Source: Naegleria gruberi
Taxonomy: Eukaryota
DNA length: 64,000 nt
Strand: one strand, 5' to 3'
Assembly (NCBI GenBank): GCA_000004985.1
Contig: GG738875.1
The notes under the pieces were generated by a model. The model was not told the origin of the DNA and made no database searches. It was given only the letters and a program-made list of their open reading frames with translations. The position numbers were made by a program, and so were the translations under genes. Position 1 is the first letter of the stretch. Each line of letters starts with the position of its first letter. This document shows, piece after piece, positions 10,423-22,668 of the stretch.

Positions 10423-13327
10423 TAGTGGACAAGAACGATACAAATCATTGCCAGCAATGTACTTTAGAGGAGCTTATGCAGCTCTTGTGGTGTATGATAT
10501 TACCGATGCAGAGTCGTTCATACAAGCCCAAAAGTGGGTGACACTAGTTCAACAAGGTAATTCGACATTAGTAATTGCTCTTGCTGGTAATAATGCGCAC
10601 TTGGAGGATAAACGTCAAGTCGAGACATTTGAAGCCAAAGCATATGCTGAAAAGCATTCACTAATTTTCATGGAAACCTCAGCCAATACTGCTCAAAATG
10701 TTAATGAAATTTTTACTGCCCTAGCTCGCAAAATGCCAGTCGATACATCAATAGAAAGGGTGATGGCTTTTGAAGCTGTGAGGGAAAATTGGACAGTATT
10801 CAAATCACTTCAAGAAAACTTTAAAAGTGACAGAGACATTGCACTACTTGCAATTAGGAAAAATGGGTTGGCCTTAGAATTTGTATCAGTGGAACTGAAG
10901 AATGACAAATTATTGGTTCTTGATGCTGTGGAAAATCAAGGAATTGCATTGCAATATGCTTCAATGAATTTGAGGGCAGATAAGGAAGTGGTTCTTAGAG
11001 CTGTCAAAAATAATGGACTTGCTCTACAATATACCACAACAGAGAATTGCTCAGATGAAAAAATTATTCTGGATGCTATTGAAAATGATGTAACCTCCTT
11101 TCAGTTTGCTTCACAGGAAAAAAGATTTGATAAGGAATTTGTGAGAAAGGCAATATCAAAGGATTGTAAATGTTTTAATTTTACAGAATTGCAACACGAT
11201 ACTGAAATAATTCTCTTTGCTTTAGAGAATGGATATTCTCTCAAATATGCAAGCATGGAGCAACGAAACCATAGACCCTTGATATTGGAAGCAGTTAAAA
11301 AAGATGGAAATGCTCTTCGCTATGCCCCAAAATATTTACAAGACATTGAGCTAATTTTTATAGCCATTAATAATGGATTTACAAATCCAAAAAACATACT
11401 CACAAACGAACATTTAATATTGCAAGGTTTTACAAGAAATGTTATCAGTTTTCCAGATATTCCGAAAGAATTCAGAAACAACAAACAAATTTTGATGGAA
11501 ATAATAGCAAGATTTACAAAATTATATAATAACTCAAAGATGGAATATTACCAAGACATATCAAAATTTCAATCACTCTACAAGAGTGATCTAAAAATTT
11601 CATTAATGAATAATATTTTACAATCTTCAATAGATTCACATGCTATTACATGTTATGAATTGTTTCATGACTTGATTTTAATCGACACATTAAAAAGAGA
11701 AGAGCTCAGAAATTGGGGAAGGAAATGTAGAATGACATTGATATGGGCACAATATATTCCTGGCTTGTTACAATACTTGTCAAAAAACCATGTACCAAAT
11801 ATTGATTTAGAATTGGCAGTATATTTTTCCAATTACAGACCTAGAGGTACCTTTTCATTTAAAAGAACATATCCAAAGGAAATGTGGATAGAACTTAATC
11901 TTCTCAAGGAGATTTCTAATCATATCACCAAATTTAATTTAAGATCAGAATTAATTTTGGATTATCCATTTTACAATTCAAATTACTACCTGTTACTAGA
12001 TTTTATTACTAATATCATTAATGGATCTTTACAGGAAGTTAATTTCCAAAATATCAATTCATACACGTTTAATTTTTCAGATATATTTAACAAGGAATGT
12101 ACGGATACATTAATTTCAACTTGGATATCCCTAGATAATTTTCCAAAATTGTCCTCAATTTCAGAATTATTGAATCAAAATAAGGAAATATATTTGGAAG
12201 AGAGAGGTTATGCTTCTATAATACATTCAAAGTTTCCACTCTATATACCCACATCTATACTTGGAAAGGGCGCTGAAGGTATCGTTTTTGAATGTTATAA
12301 TGTTAAAGAAAGAAAAACGGTGGCATTCAAATTGAACTTTCAATATAATTTACAAGATCATGTAATAGTTGAATTATTAATGAAAAATATTGATGGAATA
12401 ATTCACTGTCATGAATGTAACGTATTTGAATATTCTGACAAGAAAATCAAATATATCATTATGGAAAAAGGGGAAAAAATTGGGCCTGCACTAGAGGACA
12501 TTTACAATAGAAACAATAATATGCTTGACAAGGAATCACTCACAACAATTCTACAAATGTTTGTACAAATATTACTGGCAGTGAATAATTTACATAACAA
12601 TAATTTTGCCCATCGAGATTTGAAACTCGCTAATATGGTTCTAGTAGGTGATACTATTAAGATTATCGATTTGGATTCCTCGAGAGTTATCATGACTAAC
12701 AAATCTTGCACATTGAATATTGGCACACTGAAATATATTGCCCCAGAATTATATAATAATGAAAGTGAAAGAATTTTACAGAACTTTGAAATATCCAAAC
12801 AATGTGACATGTTTTCTTTGGGATGTATATTATTGGAAATACTCATTCATCAACCCTTAATGTTAGACTCTGAATATTGTAATCAGGAGCAAATGGAAGA
12901 TGATCTAAATATCCAGCATTTTACAAATTCTGGATTGTACTTTCATCAAGCTGTTGGCACACAATACCTTCAACACAAGCTCCATCATGCAATCAAAATG
13001 CAAATAGATAGAATGGTTGATTCTTCATTAGAAATTAATACAATCCTCTCTAGGATAATCATTACAATGATTCAACAAAATCCAAACCTCAGAGGCAATT
13101 GTGCTATGTATTTACAAATATTTAAAGAACTATTATTGTCCTTAAACAATAGTCAACCACTAATACTACCAGAAACTTTAACCAAAAATCTACTTGATTT
13201 TAATAAGAATATTATTACATTGTTAAAAGAAGAAAACTTGCAGCTTAAAACAAAGAATGAACAATTGGAAATGGAATTGATTAAATTAAGAGAAGAATTA
13301 ACTTTTCTTTCACACAAGAATAAATAG
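10423..13327 (+). CDS. Exon 3 of the Rab5-like fusion gene: rest of the GTPase domain, about seven DUF4116 repeats, a Ser/Thr-type protein kinase domain and a C-terminal coiled coil.
   Basis: Intron 2 is 10358..10422 (65 nt, ...ttatag). SGQERYKSLPAMYFRGA continues the Rab domain, with the NKxD motif present as AGNNAHL and ETSANT as the SAK equivalent. No CAAX/CC tail. DUF4116 repeats follow (SDRDIALLAIRKNGLALEFVS...). Kinase motifs are GKGAEGIV, VAFK, HRDLKLANMVL, an IIDLDSS DFG variant and YIAPE. The tail is QLKTKNEQLEMELIKLREEL. Confidence 0.65.
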
Positions 13328-13410
13328 AGTTGATCATAATTTATGGTTAAACAAAATGTCAAATATTCACCAGATAGAAATAATCAGCTTAGGAGTTTGA
13401 AAGGAATGGC

Positions 13411-13436
13411 TGCTCTACCAACTGAGCTACGCCAGC
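13411..13436 (-). pseudogene. Truncated tRNA: 5' half only (acceptor plus D-arm) of a tRNA-Ile-like gene.
   Basis: Reverse complement GCTGGCGTAGCTCAGTTGGTAGAGCA matches the first 26 nt of the 9419..9491 tRNA. Five nucleotides of upstream flank (cagcttaca on the plus strand) are also shared. No anticodon or T arm follows. Confidence 0.5.
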
Positions 13437-14241
13437 TTACAATCAATATCTTAGAATGATTAATATGTTTCACTCTAACACAAATTTGTTTTTTCAAACC
13501 AACAGACGCCTTTTCCTTAAATATTCCTTGATAATATCACTGGGAAGATTTAGCAACCCTTCACAAGTCAGTGCACTTGTTTGTAATGCAATCCAATTTG
13601 CCAACATTTCACATACGTGAGTGGCTTGGTAAATTTAGCTCTGATTAAATGTTTGTATTGTTCTGGATCATTTCTCTGGGACTGGATCTACAGGAGTTCA
13701 GTATATGCTATTAACGATCAAACTGAACTGGAGCAGTTACAAATTACACTTGAATTAGAATAAACAATAGACTTCTTTGTAATCGTTCATATACTTGTTT
13801 TGGGAATTGTACTGCTTGTCAATTAGAATAATCTTACTCATCAATTTGTAATGTGTTGATAGACTATGTTCTACATTATTGCTAGTTGATGTTGAGGGAA
13901 CAACATTAAATGTTTTCCATCCTAATAAAATGTCACTGATTCCCATAAAATCAACACAAAGGGTAAATCATTTGTGTAATCCATATTTTTCACAACAGTC
14001 TCCCTATGATAGATGTGTATTCACAATTTGCTTAGACAATAAGCAACAGAAATATAATTGATAAATCTACAGTGTTATGGTGTGGCATTTTTCTATGTGG
14101 TTGTTGTTTCATCTAACGTTAAGAAATTGCTAAGGTTTGGTTGGGAAAAGTGAGATCTCCACAGAAGTTGGTATGATAGATTTTGTTGTGGAATTGCAAC
14201 AGGAAATTGGCAGGTGTTGGATTTAAATAATATTTTACAAT

Positions 14242-15366
14242 TTATTCAGAGCTTGTAAGCTTTGAATCATTAGATAATTTTAAATCATTCTCCATTCTTA
14301 CTCCAAAACGAAATAAAATCTCATCATATTTTCTCTCTCTAACAAAACCAGCAATAATTTCCATTTCACTCTTCTTTAAATCAATGGAACGTTTCAAGCC
14401 TGGAAGCTTGAATTTTAGCTTTTCAAATTTAAATCCACAATTTAATTGTAATTCACGACGAAGAGCCACATGAAAACTATCCACCGATTCAAAATCTTGT
14501 TCTCTCAAGCGGACCAATCTTCTTTCCTTCTTGCTTCTATCATGAACACAAATTATTTGATAATTAACATTGTGTGCTTGTTGATTATTGTGAGTCGATG
14601 ATGATGTTGTGTAGATTGTGGAAAGTACTTGTTGTTTGTTGATGACTTGTTGCTTCTTTGCAGAGGCTTTCTTAATTGCAGCCTTCTTATACTGTGGAAG
14701 ATCTGCTGGTTTCTTCTTCTTGTTAGTAGTGGTGGATTCACTCTTTGTTGTTGATGGAGGTGATGTATTGTTAGATGACGAAGTATTATCACTATCGCTT
14801 GCCAATACACTAGGTGGAAGCATTTGTTCATCATCTACATCAATTACAGCACCAAGATCAACACTCACCACATCATCTTCCATCATCGGGTTAATATCTT
14901 CATCATGATACTGATTATTTTTTAAATTATTATTAATTAAATTATTCTTCTTATCTTCCTTCATCTTTTCTTCCTTGATGGAGAGAATTAAATCTTTAGG
15001 AAGGAAGCCCATTTGCTTTGCGAAATTAGCAATCGGCTCATAGAGTTTGGCAATTAATAAACCTCTGTAGCCATTCCAAGATGCTGGTTTGATTGCTGCT
15101 AGACTACTAGCAAATTCTGCAACAGAATTGATGATCACGCCATCATATAAATCTGCTTGATGCTCGGGAACGATAGCTTGTTGATAGACCATTCTGTTAT
15201 AGCAACCAATGAATGGCTTATCAAAGCCAGATGTCTTGATCAATAATCGACTGTGAGAACATGAAGCATGCTTGAAGCATACTGGACATTTGCCAGACCT
15301 TCTCTCGTATTGGTAAGGTGTTGTGGAAGTGGAGTTCTTGGTTGATGGTTCTGTCTTGGAGGCCAT
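14242..15366 (-). CDS. Hypothetical protein with a Cys-rich N-terminus and low-complexity middle.
   Basis: 374-aa ORF with ATG at 15364-15366. Its 3' end is duplicated as a relic at 9540..9625. Confidence 0.5.
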   Translation of the reverse strand: MASKTEPSTKNSTSTTPYQYERRSGKCPVCFKHASCSHSRLLIKTSGFDKPFIGCYNRMVYQQAIVPEHQADLYDGVIINSVAEFASSLAAIKPASWNGYRGLLIAKLYEPIANFAKQMGFLPKDLILSIKEEKMKEDKKNNLINNNLKNNQYHDEDINPMMEDDVVSVDLGAVIDVDDEQMLPPSVLASDSDNTSSSNNTSPPSTTKSESTTTNKKKKPADLPQYKKAAIKKASAKKQQVINKQQVLSTIYTTSSSTHNNQQAHNVNYQIICVHDRSKKERRLVRLREQDFESVDSFHVALRRELQLNCGFKFEKLKFKLPGLKRSIDLKKSEMEIIAGFVRERKYDEILFRFGVRMENDLKLSNDSKLTSSE

Positions 15367-15670
15367 TTGTATTTGTTATTTGTTTTGTTATTGGTTGTTT
15401 TTTTTTGTGTTGGTTTTTAGCAAACGCGTTTGTGTTGCGGGTTTTAAAGCTAGCAGGTTGTGCAAGCAAAAAGTTTTGCTGTGGTGAGTCACCAGGCGCA
15501 ATTATTTTTGTGACCTGCGTATGTGTAAAATTATTAAATTGTGTCAATGCTTCTTTTTTGAATTGGATAGGCTGCTTTTGAATCAGAGTTTATTTATCTA
15601 TCGATTATTAATAGAAAATATAATATTATAGAGCCTGTTGAAACTTTAGGAATATTGGTAAAAAGATAAA

Positions 15671-15788
15671 AGACTACAGCACCACAGGTTCCCAAGTTGT
15701 CTCCAACCTCAGTACTGATGTGGCTCGACGATGCTTAACTTCTCAAATCGGACGGGATGAGGTGCATTCATCGTGATATGGCCGTAGT
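15671..15788 (-). rRNA. 5S ribosomal RNA gene, 118 nt.
   Basis: Reverse complement GACTACGGCCATATCACGATGAATGCACCTCATCCCGTCCGATTTGAGAAGTTAAGCATCGTCGAGCCACATCAGTACTGAGGTTGGAGACAACTTGGGAACCTGTGGTGCTGTAGTC carries the conserved 5S blocks CCCGTCCGAT, GAAGTTAAGC, AGTACT and TGGGAA. Helix I terminal pairing is present. A TTTTATCTTTTT Pol III terminator follows. Confidence 0.85.
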
Positions 15789-16556
15789 CATACCATTAAT
15801 TAAAATGTGAAATATAAATGTATCTGGTTTGAGTTTATTTTAATAAGAAACCGATTCTTGGACATTTTGCATTACCACGAATTGTGAATCGGTTTTGAAT
15901 TCCAATTGAAGTATGTTGTGTGACTACGGAAAAGTGGCATTGATATTTGTGAAATTCCTTCTAGATTAAACAATTGAGCAAACATTGAATGAATCTCTTC
16001 AAGTTAGGCTGTGGTAAACATTGCAAATATTGAGTCAATTTGATATGTAAAGAGTGAAGCTAAGAATGCTTTTAAGATCTTTGATGCTTCTGAAGATGAA
16101 GAAGAAATTGACTTCCAAAATGTGTATTAAATCGAGTTCAACACCTTGTTATCGTAAATCGCATTCTGTTGTAATCACGTTTCCACCTCTTCATCACCAC
16201 AAACAATCACCAATATGTATTAATTTTGGAAATTCATTTGATTTTATTAAGGATTTTCCAATTAATATATTAGGAGAGAAAATAATTTTTGTACACATGA
16301 GAATTATTGGTGTGTTCGAATATTGATATCTTATTCTTATGTATTCAACACCTTGTTGATGATGTTGTTGATGGAGAAGGCTAGTTGGTTGGCTTGTTTT
16401 CAGTGATAATCATGCTGAGTTGGATTGAGAGTGTATTTGTTTTTTTTTGATTTGTTTATTGTAAAGTTACAGAGTGATACGCTTGGTGATTTTTCAAAGG
16501 CTTTCGAATACAAACCTGCAGGAAAATTCGTTAGTCTCAAAACTAGCCATTTAAAA

Positions 16557-17525
16557 ATGAAACTAAAGCAATCATCAACATCTCACTGGTACGAAACATG
16601 TGGAGAAGCCTTTTTTACACAATTACTCATTCCCTTCCTCCATAATCCATCTCAAGAATTAAAATCACTCTCACAAACCTGCCAATTTATTTATCAAACC
16701 TACTCTCAACATTTTGATAATTATTGGAAACGTTTACTATTAAACAAATATTGTGATTTTCAGAAAGGAACATTAGACAGTGAAAAATTGAAAGGAAAAT
16801 TAATGATGCTCTATTATCAATTGGAATATTTTGAAAATCATTTGGAAAAACTTCCAGAATCTTTGATATCTACTTCTGGTCCTATCGGAACGGATTCAAA
16901 ATATGGAGTTTATAGACCATGTTTTATTTCTTCATCTTCTTATGGATATGGTTATGGACAAGGATTCTGTACCATGTTGACCAGTTCATTCTTTTCAGAG
17001 GATTATGATCCAAGAATTTCCATTGATGATTATTCTTATAATTTGGAAATGGACGATTTATTAATTCAAAGAAGAAATATTTCACTATTTCCTGCAGTAG
17101 TCTATGAAGAATACTCTGCTCTTGTGGATAGTTATATTCAAAGGAGTGATGGAATAATTTTCACATTGGTTTTCTATAGAGAATTTCATCCATTCAATGT
17201 AAAAGCGGAAATGGAATCTTTTAGTGGTTTCTACAAGAGAGTGGCCAATGATTCAGATTTATTAAATAGATACATCTTTACTATTGCAATGCACTTTAAA
17301 GAAAATATTCCAGAAAGTGAAAGAAATGATCTTGAGGAAGAATTGAGAAAGTATATTGCGGAGAATTATTGTTTTAAAAATTATTTAATTATCAAATGTA
17401 ATCTTTCTAATAGAGAGCAGGTTCTGAAAACAGTTAGAGAAACTGTGAAAAGATACAGATGTATTAATGTCAATCTATTCTTGAAACATTTTATGAAATC
17501 AGAAAAAAAGTGCCTTCTCATGTAA
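16557..17525 (+). CDS. F-box-like N-terminus plus a degenerate Ras-like domain protein, paralogous to 46091..47125. An upstream exon is possible.
   Basis: The ORF opens at a TTG at 16425; the first ATG is 16557. The N-terminus FFTQLLIPFLHNPSQELKSLSQTCQFIYQ...YWKRLL parallels LPHDIFREIFSFLL...LSLQSTCSFFL...FWLSL of the 46091 gene. The C-terminal region is GTPase-like but lacks an intact P-loop. Confidence 0.4.
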   Translation: MKLKQSSTSHWYETCGEAFFTQLLIPFLHNPSQELKSLSQTCQFIYQTYSQHFDNYWKRLLLNKYCDFQKGTLDSEKLKGKLMMLYYQLEYFENHLEKLPESLISTSGPIGTDSKYGVYRPCFISSSSYGYGYGQGFCTMLTSSFFSEDYDPRISIDDYSYNLEMDDLLIQRRNISLFPAVVYEEYSALVDSYIQRSDGIIFTLVFYREFHPFNVKAEMESFSGFYKRVANDSDLLNRYIFTIAMHFKENIPESERNDLEEELRKYIAENYCFKNYLIIKCNLSNREQVLKTVRETVKRYRCINVNLFLKHFMKSEKKCLLM

Positions 17526-18143
17526 ATTATTGATATGCAACTTTCCAATTTTAGATATTTTACAAATCTAGTAATTATCAAAAACTTAAAAACAATTCAA
17601 AAAAAATGAATGAACAAGAAGAGAAAGCAATCAGAGAACATGACAAACAAGAAGAAAACACACGTCTATACTATTTAACACAAGTGCCATTTGTCAGTTC
17701 ATATGGAGGACTTATTGGAGATTGTATGTTTTATGGACATGGAGAAACCTTCTGAATTTTCAGATTTTGACCAATTCACTACATTAGTCAATGTGGATGC
17801 TGAACATTATGCAATTTATTCGATTCGTCAACCAACTGGTAGTTCAAGAGTTTATATGATTAGTGGAAAAACAGCTCTTACAATTGTTGTAATGTCTACT
17901 TCTATTAATTATATCAATAATAATCTGATTCCAAATTTGGTTTTAACTCTTCCAACAAAATACTTTTCACATTTCATTACTCCTCAATTTGTTTATATTA
18001 TTGGAGGAGTGTGGAGATCAGAATGTTTCTGATTCTGGAGGATCAATTGACTCAGCTATTGTATTTCCAATAAGTAATGGTTCACTGGTTACAGAAATTG
18101 CAACAAATCCATTTTTCTTTTCGTATGGTGTTGCAAGTTTTTT

Positions 18144-18193
18144 NNNNNNNNNNNNNNNNNNNNNNNNNNNNNNNNNNNNNNNNNNNNNNNNNN
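18144..18193. other. Assembly gap, 50 N.
   Basis: Run of N inside the 18194..18903 gene. Confidence 0.95.
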
Positions 18194-18903
18194 GCCAAAT
18201 AGTAGTGACCAACAGTGCCTGTGATGTGTAAATTTTGATGCAAGACAACTGGCTCACCAGAATATGTTAAAAACTTCACATGAACCGATGAATTCTTGAT
18301 AAAATACTCAATTCCATCCGTCGCTCTATTACTGGGTTTGAACTTCTCTTCTTTATCACTGTCATTTTTGTCATCATCCGAATCTTCATCATCCTCATGC
18401 GCAGAGCTTCCTTCACAGTAGAATCCCAAAACCTCCATCAATCCATTCTTGAAATAATAGTTATGAGCATTCAATACATGACAATTTATCTTGGCCAATG
18501 TTTCTTCATTATCGTGGACCATCAAGTCGTGTTCAAATTCCACACCATCCATAATATATAAATTCCGTAAAAAACCATCCAGTCTATACAAAATTGCTTC
18601 TTTGTCATTTTGCTTTATGATCTTAGAATAATGCTGATGAATATTGTGTAGATAACTCTTCTTCGGAAGGAAATTCTTTGCCTCATATAATTGTTTGCAT
18701 GATGAGAGAAAGTTTACTTGTGTTGTGGGAGATGTTACAAAGCTGAGAATTGTGTCGAGTATTGATGATAGTGATGAAGAATTGAAAAGTTGTTTTGGTT
18801 GTGTAATTTTTCTCTTCTTGTTGGATTCAAATTCCTCCTCACTTGTTGAATCATCAAAATCCTCAACTAGACGTTTTAACATTTTTTCAATATTTTCCTG
18901 CAT
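18194..18903 (-). CDS. Hypothetical acidic protein with its 3' end lost in an assembly gap.
   Basis: ORF with an ATG start. The F-box-like N-terminus is LSSILDTILSFVTSPTTQVNFLSSCKQLYEAKNF, followed by an Asp/Glu-rich tract. The ORF runs into the N-run at 18144..18193. Confidence 0.4.
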
Positions 18904-19423
18904 TTAAATCTTCATGAACACAATTGAAAGAAATAATAAATTAATAATGTGTGATTTCATGAAATATTTTGGAAAGTACTGCAGACATTATCTACCACTC
19001 AGAATCTCCGATATTTAAATATCATCAATTATTTTAATAATCAGTTGGCAATAGAATCACCAACTCGGAAATTGTTAAAGTTTTCCTAATTATCATATGA
19101 ATCTGGCACTGATGATGATTTTAGTGAAAACATTGAATTTCACTTAAATATTACTATTTTGTGGAAATAACAATGGTGGTTAGTTGTTCCGATGATGTAC
19201 CAACTTGAATTTTTCTGTTAAATTCCAAAAATTCCTATTATTACTATTATTCAATATTTTCAAAAATCCCAAAAGTATATTGTAGTGAAACATCCTTCTG
19301 CAATCTTGATTTATCTGTCTTTGCTTATACATGAAGTTCACACAGGAGAGTTTAAATAAGGTTAAGTCTATAAAGTTCCACAGAAGGGGCATTGAAATTT
19401 GTCATTGACAGAGTGTGAAGTTC

Positions 19424-21127
19424 TCACATGATTGGTCTAGCTTTGGATTGAGACTGAACTTGATTAATTAAGGCCCTGCAACAATGATAAAGAAGTGCTA
19501 ATCGATCCTCAGAACCATTTTCACACTGCATAAAATCCAAAGAGACACCATGGTCAAAATATTTGGTACAGAAGGTTTGGCAATGTTCTTCAAATGACAC
19601 ATTAGTACCTCTGACTGAGATGTGTTTCATTGCAGCAGCCAAAACTTCCAATATTTTCCTGTCTGATTGGTATCCTCTATCTATTATTTTAAAGCACAAA
19701 TCTTCGATTATTTCATCATTTAACAGTTGCTGTTTGAAATATTTGTCAACCATTTCTAAAGATTCAAGAAATTCTGAAGAGTCATAAAATATACTTCCAA
19801 AATAGGATATGACTTTTTTCTGATAGAAAACAATATCCTCTTCCCTTTTCATATCCACAGGCAACTTATCCAAATCAAATGTTCCATATTCATTGTAAAA
19901 ATCCTTAAAATAGTGGTTAAATGAGCGATTATAGCACACAACAAAGAACGATCTCACAAAGTGATAAGGATGCTCTCCTATCATATAAATTTCATAGGGA
20001 TCAAAATCCTTCAATACTCTTATAAATTTCATTGGATTGGTATTGACATTGTGGTAAATGCGTGTGTGTACAAGTCTCTTAATATCATTAACATCTATCA
20101 TTTCATGATTGTACATTTCTTTAAGCAAATCATATTCATTCTCATTGTTTAGTAAATTTACATCTAATAGGTTAATCTTTTTAACTCTTACAATCTCACA
20201 ATACTTTTTAAGATATTCAAAATTTGGAGGTACATTCAATAATATCAATCTGTTGGTATATCCAATTAGGTTCAAACTATAATCAAATATTATCTCAGAC
20301 ATGCCAGGATATAATATTTCCATACAATCAAACCAGCATTCAAGTCCTAAAAGAGATGGATAAGGAAGTTTAAACATTGATTGAGATGGTAGTGATATTT
20401 TCGATGGATCACTTGCTTTTTTCACATTTCCATCGATTGAAATGTATTCCTTGATAAATTTCAGTAGATTTTCATTCGTTCTATATTTACAAATATACTC
20501 TAACAATTCAGAATCATCAAGTATTGGTTTAAAATTTCTCATAAACTCAATTATTGAATCCGTTATTGTTAGATTGCAAAGATTCAATTTAAACATTGAT
20601 TTTGAAAATTGTGTCCAATATTCCTTAGCCATCAAACCTTCCATTACCCTTCCATATTTTGTAAATTTCTTGGCTTTTGACAAGAAATATTGAGCTATTA
20701 CTCCAGTATGTGTGTAATCAACAATACTATGCTGAAAATCAGTATTCATTTCTTGCAAAGCCTTATTCATCATGATTGAAAAAATAGAATTCAATGCTAA
20801 TGGTATCAACATTTTGAATCGAGTTCCAAAAATTACTGATCTTTCCTCCACATTCTTCATATATTTCACAAATGAATGCTCGTTCACCTTTTCATTCAAA
20901 ATATGTACAGTGTGAAACTTTCTCAAATTATCAGAAACTGTTTTGTAAATTTTGTATTGAACAGATTTTTTAGAGAAGGTTTCCAGCAATTCTTGACAAT
21001 TACGAATCTTGAATAATAACCAATTGGATAAGAGTGTTTTCCAGATTATTTCAAACCGATCGAGTTGATACCATCCCTTGCAGACTAACATACAGGACAT
21101 GCCATCTCTGATGTCCAAATGTTCCAT
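19424..21127 (-). CDS. F-box-like N-terminal hypothetical protein.
   Basis: The first ATG is at 21125-21127; the ORF-track start is a GTG. The N-terminus is LDIRDGMSCMLVCKGWYQLDRFEIIWKTLL. Confidence 0.5.
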   Translation of the reverse strand: MEHLDIRDGMSCMLVCKGWYQLDRFEIIWKTLLSNWLLFKIRNCQELLETFSKKSVQYKIYKTVSDNLRKFHTVHILNEKVNEHSFVKYMKNVEERSVIFGTRFKMLIPLALNSIFSIMMNKALQEMNTDFQHSIVDYTHTGVIAQYFLSKAKKFTKYGRVMEGLMAKEYWTQFSKSMFKLNLCNLTITDSIIEFMRNFKPILDDSELLEYICKYRTNENLLKFIKEYISIDGNVKKASDPSKISLPSQSMFKLPYPSLLGLECWFDCMEILYPGMSEIIFDYSLNLIGYTNRLILLNVPPNFEYLKKYCEIVRVKKINLLDVNLLNNENEYDLLKEMYNHEMIDVNDIKRLVHTRIYHNVNTNPMKFIRVLKDFDPYEIYMIGEHPYHFVRSFFVVCYNRSFNHYFKDFYNEYGTFDLDKLPVDMKREEDIVFYQKKVISYFGSIFYDSSEFLESLEMVDKYFKQQLLNDEIIEDLCFKIIDRGYQSDRKILEVLAAAMKHISVRGTNVSFEEHCQTFCTKYFDHGVSLDFMQCENGSEDRLALLYHCCRALINQVQSQSKARPIM

Positions 21128-21372
21128 CACGTGCCTGAGTGTGTGTCGGGATGAATTTCATGTTGAGCCATTTTTTTTGTAATTGAAAAAGTTTAGAATC
21201 GGCAGTTTCGAACTGCTCCATTTCCACCTCTCTGATTATTCTTATTATTTCATTGTCCAAGAATTACTACTGTACATCTTTTGTTTTTCAGTTCCGATCT
21301 AAATTGATGAGAAGATATGATAGGTGAGAATTTCCTTTTAATTTTTTAATTGAAATTAAATAAATTAAAAAA

Positions 21373-22446
21373 ATGTCTCAACAACCGTCAATGAATCACA
21401 CAACTTGGTTTGATCAAGATTTGCTGTTGGCCAATATATTTCTCTATTTACATCCGTATGAATTATTTGATAATTCTAAATTATCTTCATGTAGAAATGT
21501 TTGTAGATCATGGAATGGTTTAATTTGTGGTGAAGAATTTTGTAAATTTTATTTTGAAAACTCGTTTTGTTGTTATTCGTCCGAACCTTTTATTAATCAG
21601 TTAAATTGTAATCAATTGTTTGATACTTTAGATGATGCACAATTTAATTGTTTTATGGATGAGGATGATGATATTCAAGAGGTAAAGCCTATTAATACGT
21701 TAACAATTCAAGAATCTATTAAACAATTTGAACATGTGGCAATTACTAAAATTGGATATGAATTCAATAATTTAAATTGGAAAAATAATTTTTACAAACG
21801 ATTTCTAACACTAATTGCATATTTAAAAGATATTGATTCTGCAATTTGGAGTGTAACTGAATCATTATTAAAACCATTAGATGATTCAAAAGTATTTAAA
21901 TTAAATAATTTATTGAAAAAGTGGAAACTATCAAAATTATTATCCAGTAATATATTTGAAATCAATGAAAAGACAATGTTATTTTTTAATGATGATGGAA
22001 TACCATATGTATTAAGATCCATTCGTAAAAGATTAATTCTTGACAACATTGAGATTATGAACAATATTAAATTTGGATTTGACAAGGAAAGGATCACTAA
22101 AGTCCTTCCACAACTTGACAAAAAACAAGACCAACAAGTGTTGTGTGATGTAATGTGTGGATTATTTCCAAAATTAGTAGAAAAAAAGAAGAAACTACTA
22201 ATTAAAAGGCCACTAACAGAATTCATGATGTTTGTCAGGAGTGAAAGAGAAAAAATTAAACAAGAAAATCCTACAATAACTAATATGGATATTATTAAAA
22301 AAATGGCACACATTTGGAAAGAAATGGATGATAATGAAAAGCAAATTTATGTTGAACAAGCAATTCAAGAAAAATTGAAATATCAAAAACAAAAAGAAGA
22401 ATTCATTTATTGTATTAGTGGATTAGATGAAAATGTTAGTGAATAA
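21373..22446 (+). CDS. HMG-box DNA-binding protein.
   Basis: C-terminal HMG box KRPLTEFMMFVRSEREKIKQENPTITNMDIIKKMAHIWKEMDDNEKQIYVEQAIQEKLKYQKQKEEF, with conserved F..F, W and Y positions. ATG at 21373. Confidence 0.7.
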   Translation: MSQQPSMNHTTWFDQDLLLANIFLYLHPYELFDNSKLSSCRNVCRSWNGLICGEEFCKFYFENSFCCYSSEPFINQLNCNQLFDTLDDAQFNCFMDEDDDIQEVKPINTLTIQESIKQFEHVAITKIGYEFNNLNWKNNFYKRFLTLIAYLKDIDSAIWSVTESLLKPLDDSKVFKLNNLLKKWKLSKLLSSNIFEINEKTMLFFNDDGIPYVLRSIRKRLILDNIEIMNNIKFGFDKERITKVLPQLDKKQDQQVLCDVMCGLFPKLVEKKKKLLIKRPLTEFMMFVRSEREKIKQENPTITNMDIIKKMAHIWKEMDDNEKQIYVEQAIQEKLKYQKQKEEFIYCISGLDENVSE

Positions 22447-22668
22447 GAGGATGGCAAGAATTAACATTATTGAGGGACCAATAAATAGTAATTTTTATTG
22501 GTGAATGTGTTGTTATGGCTGGTGGAAAGTAACCAAAAGGAGAACTCTCCATGTTGGCTTCGCAAGGTTGTATTAATACCTATTTAGGGTGATGAAATCA
22601 TTCTTTCAAAATCAAGACCATATGGATTCAGAGATTGTGGATAATGACAAGAAAGCAAGTCTAAACTC

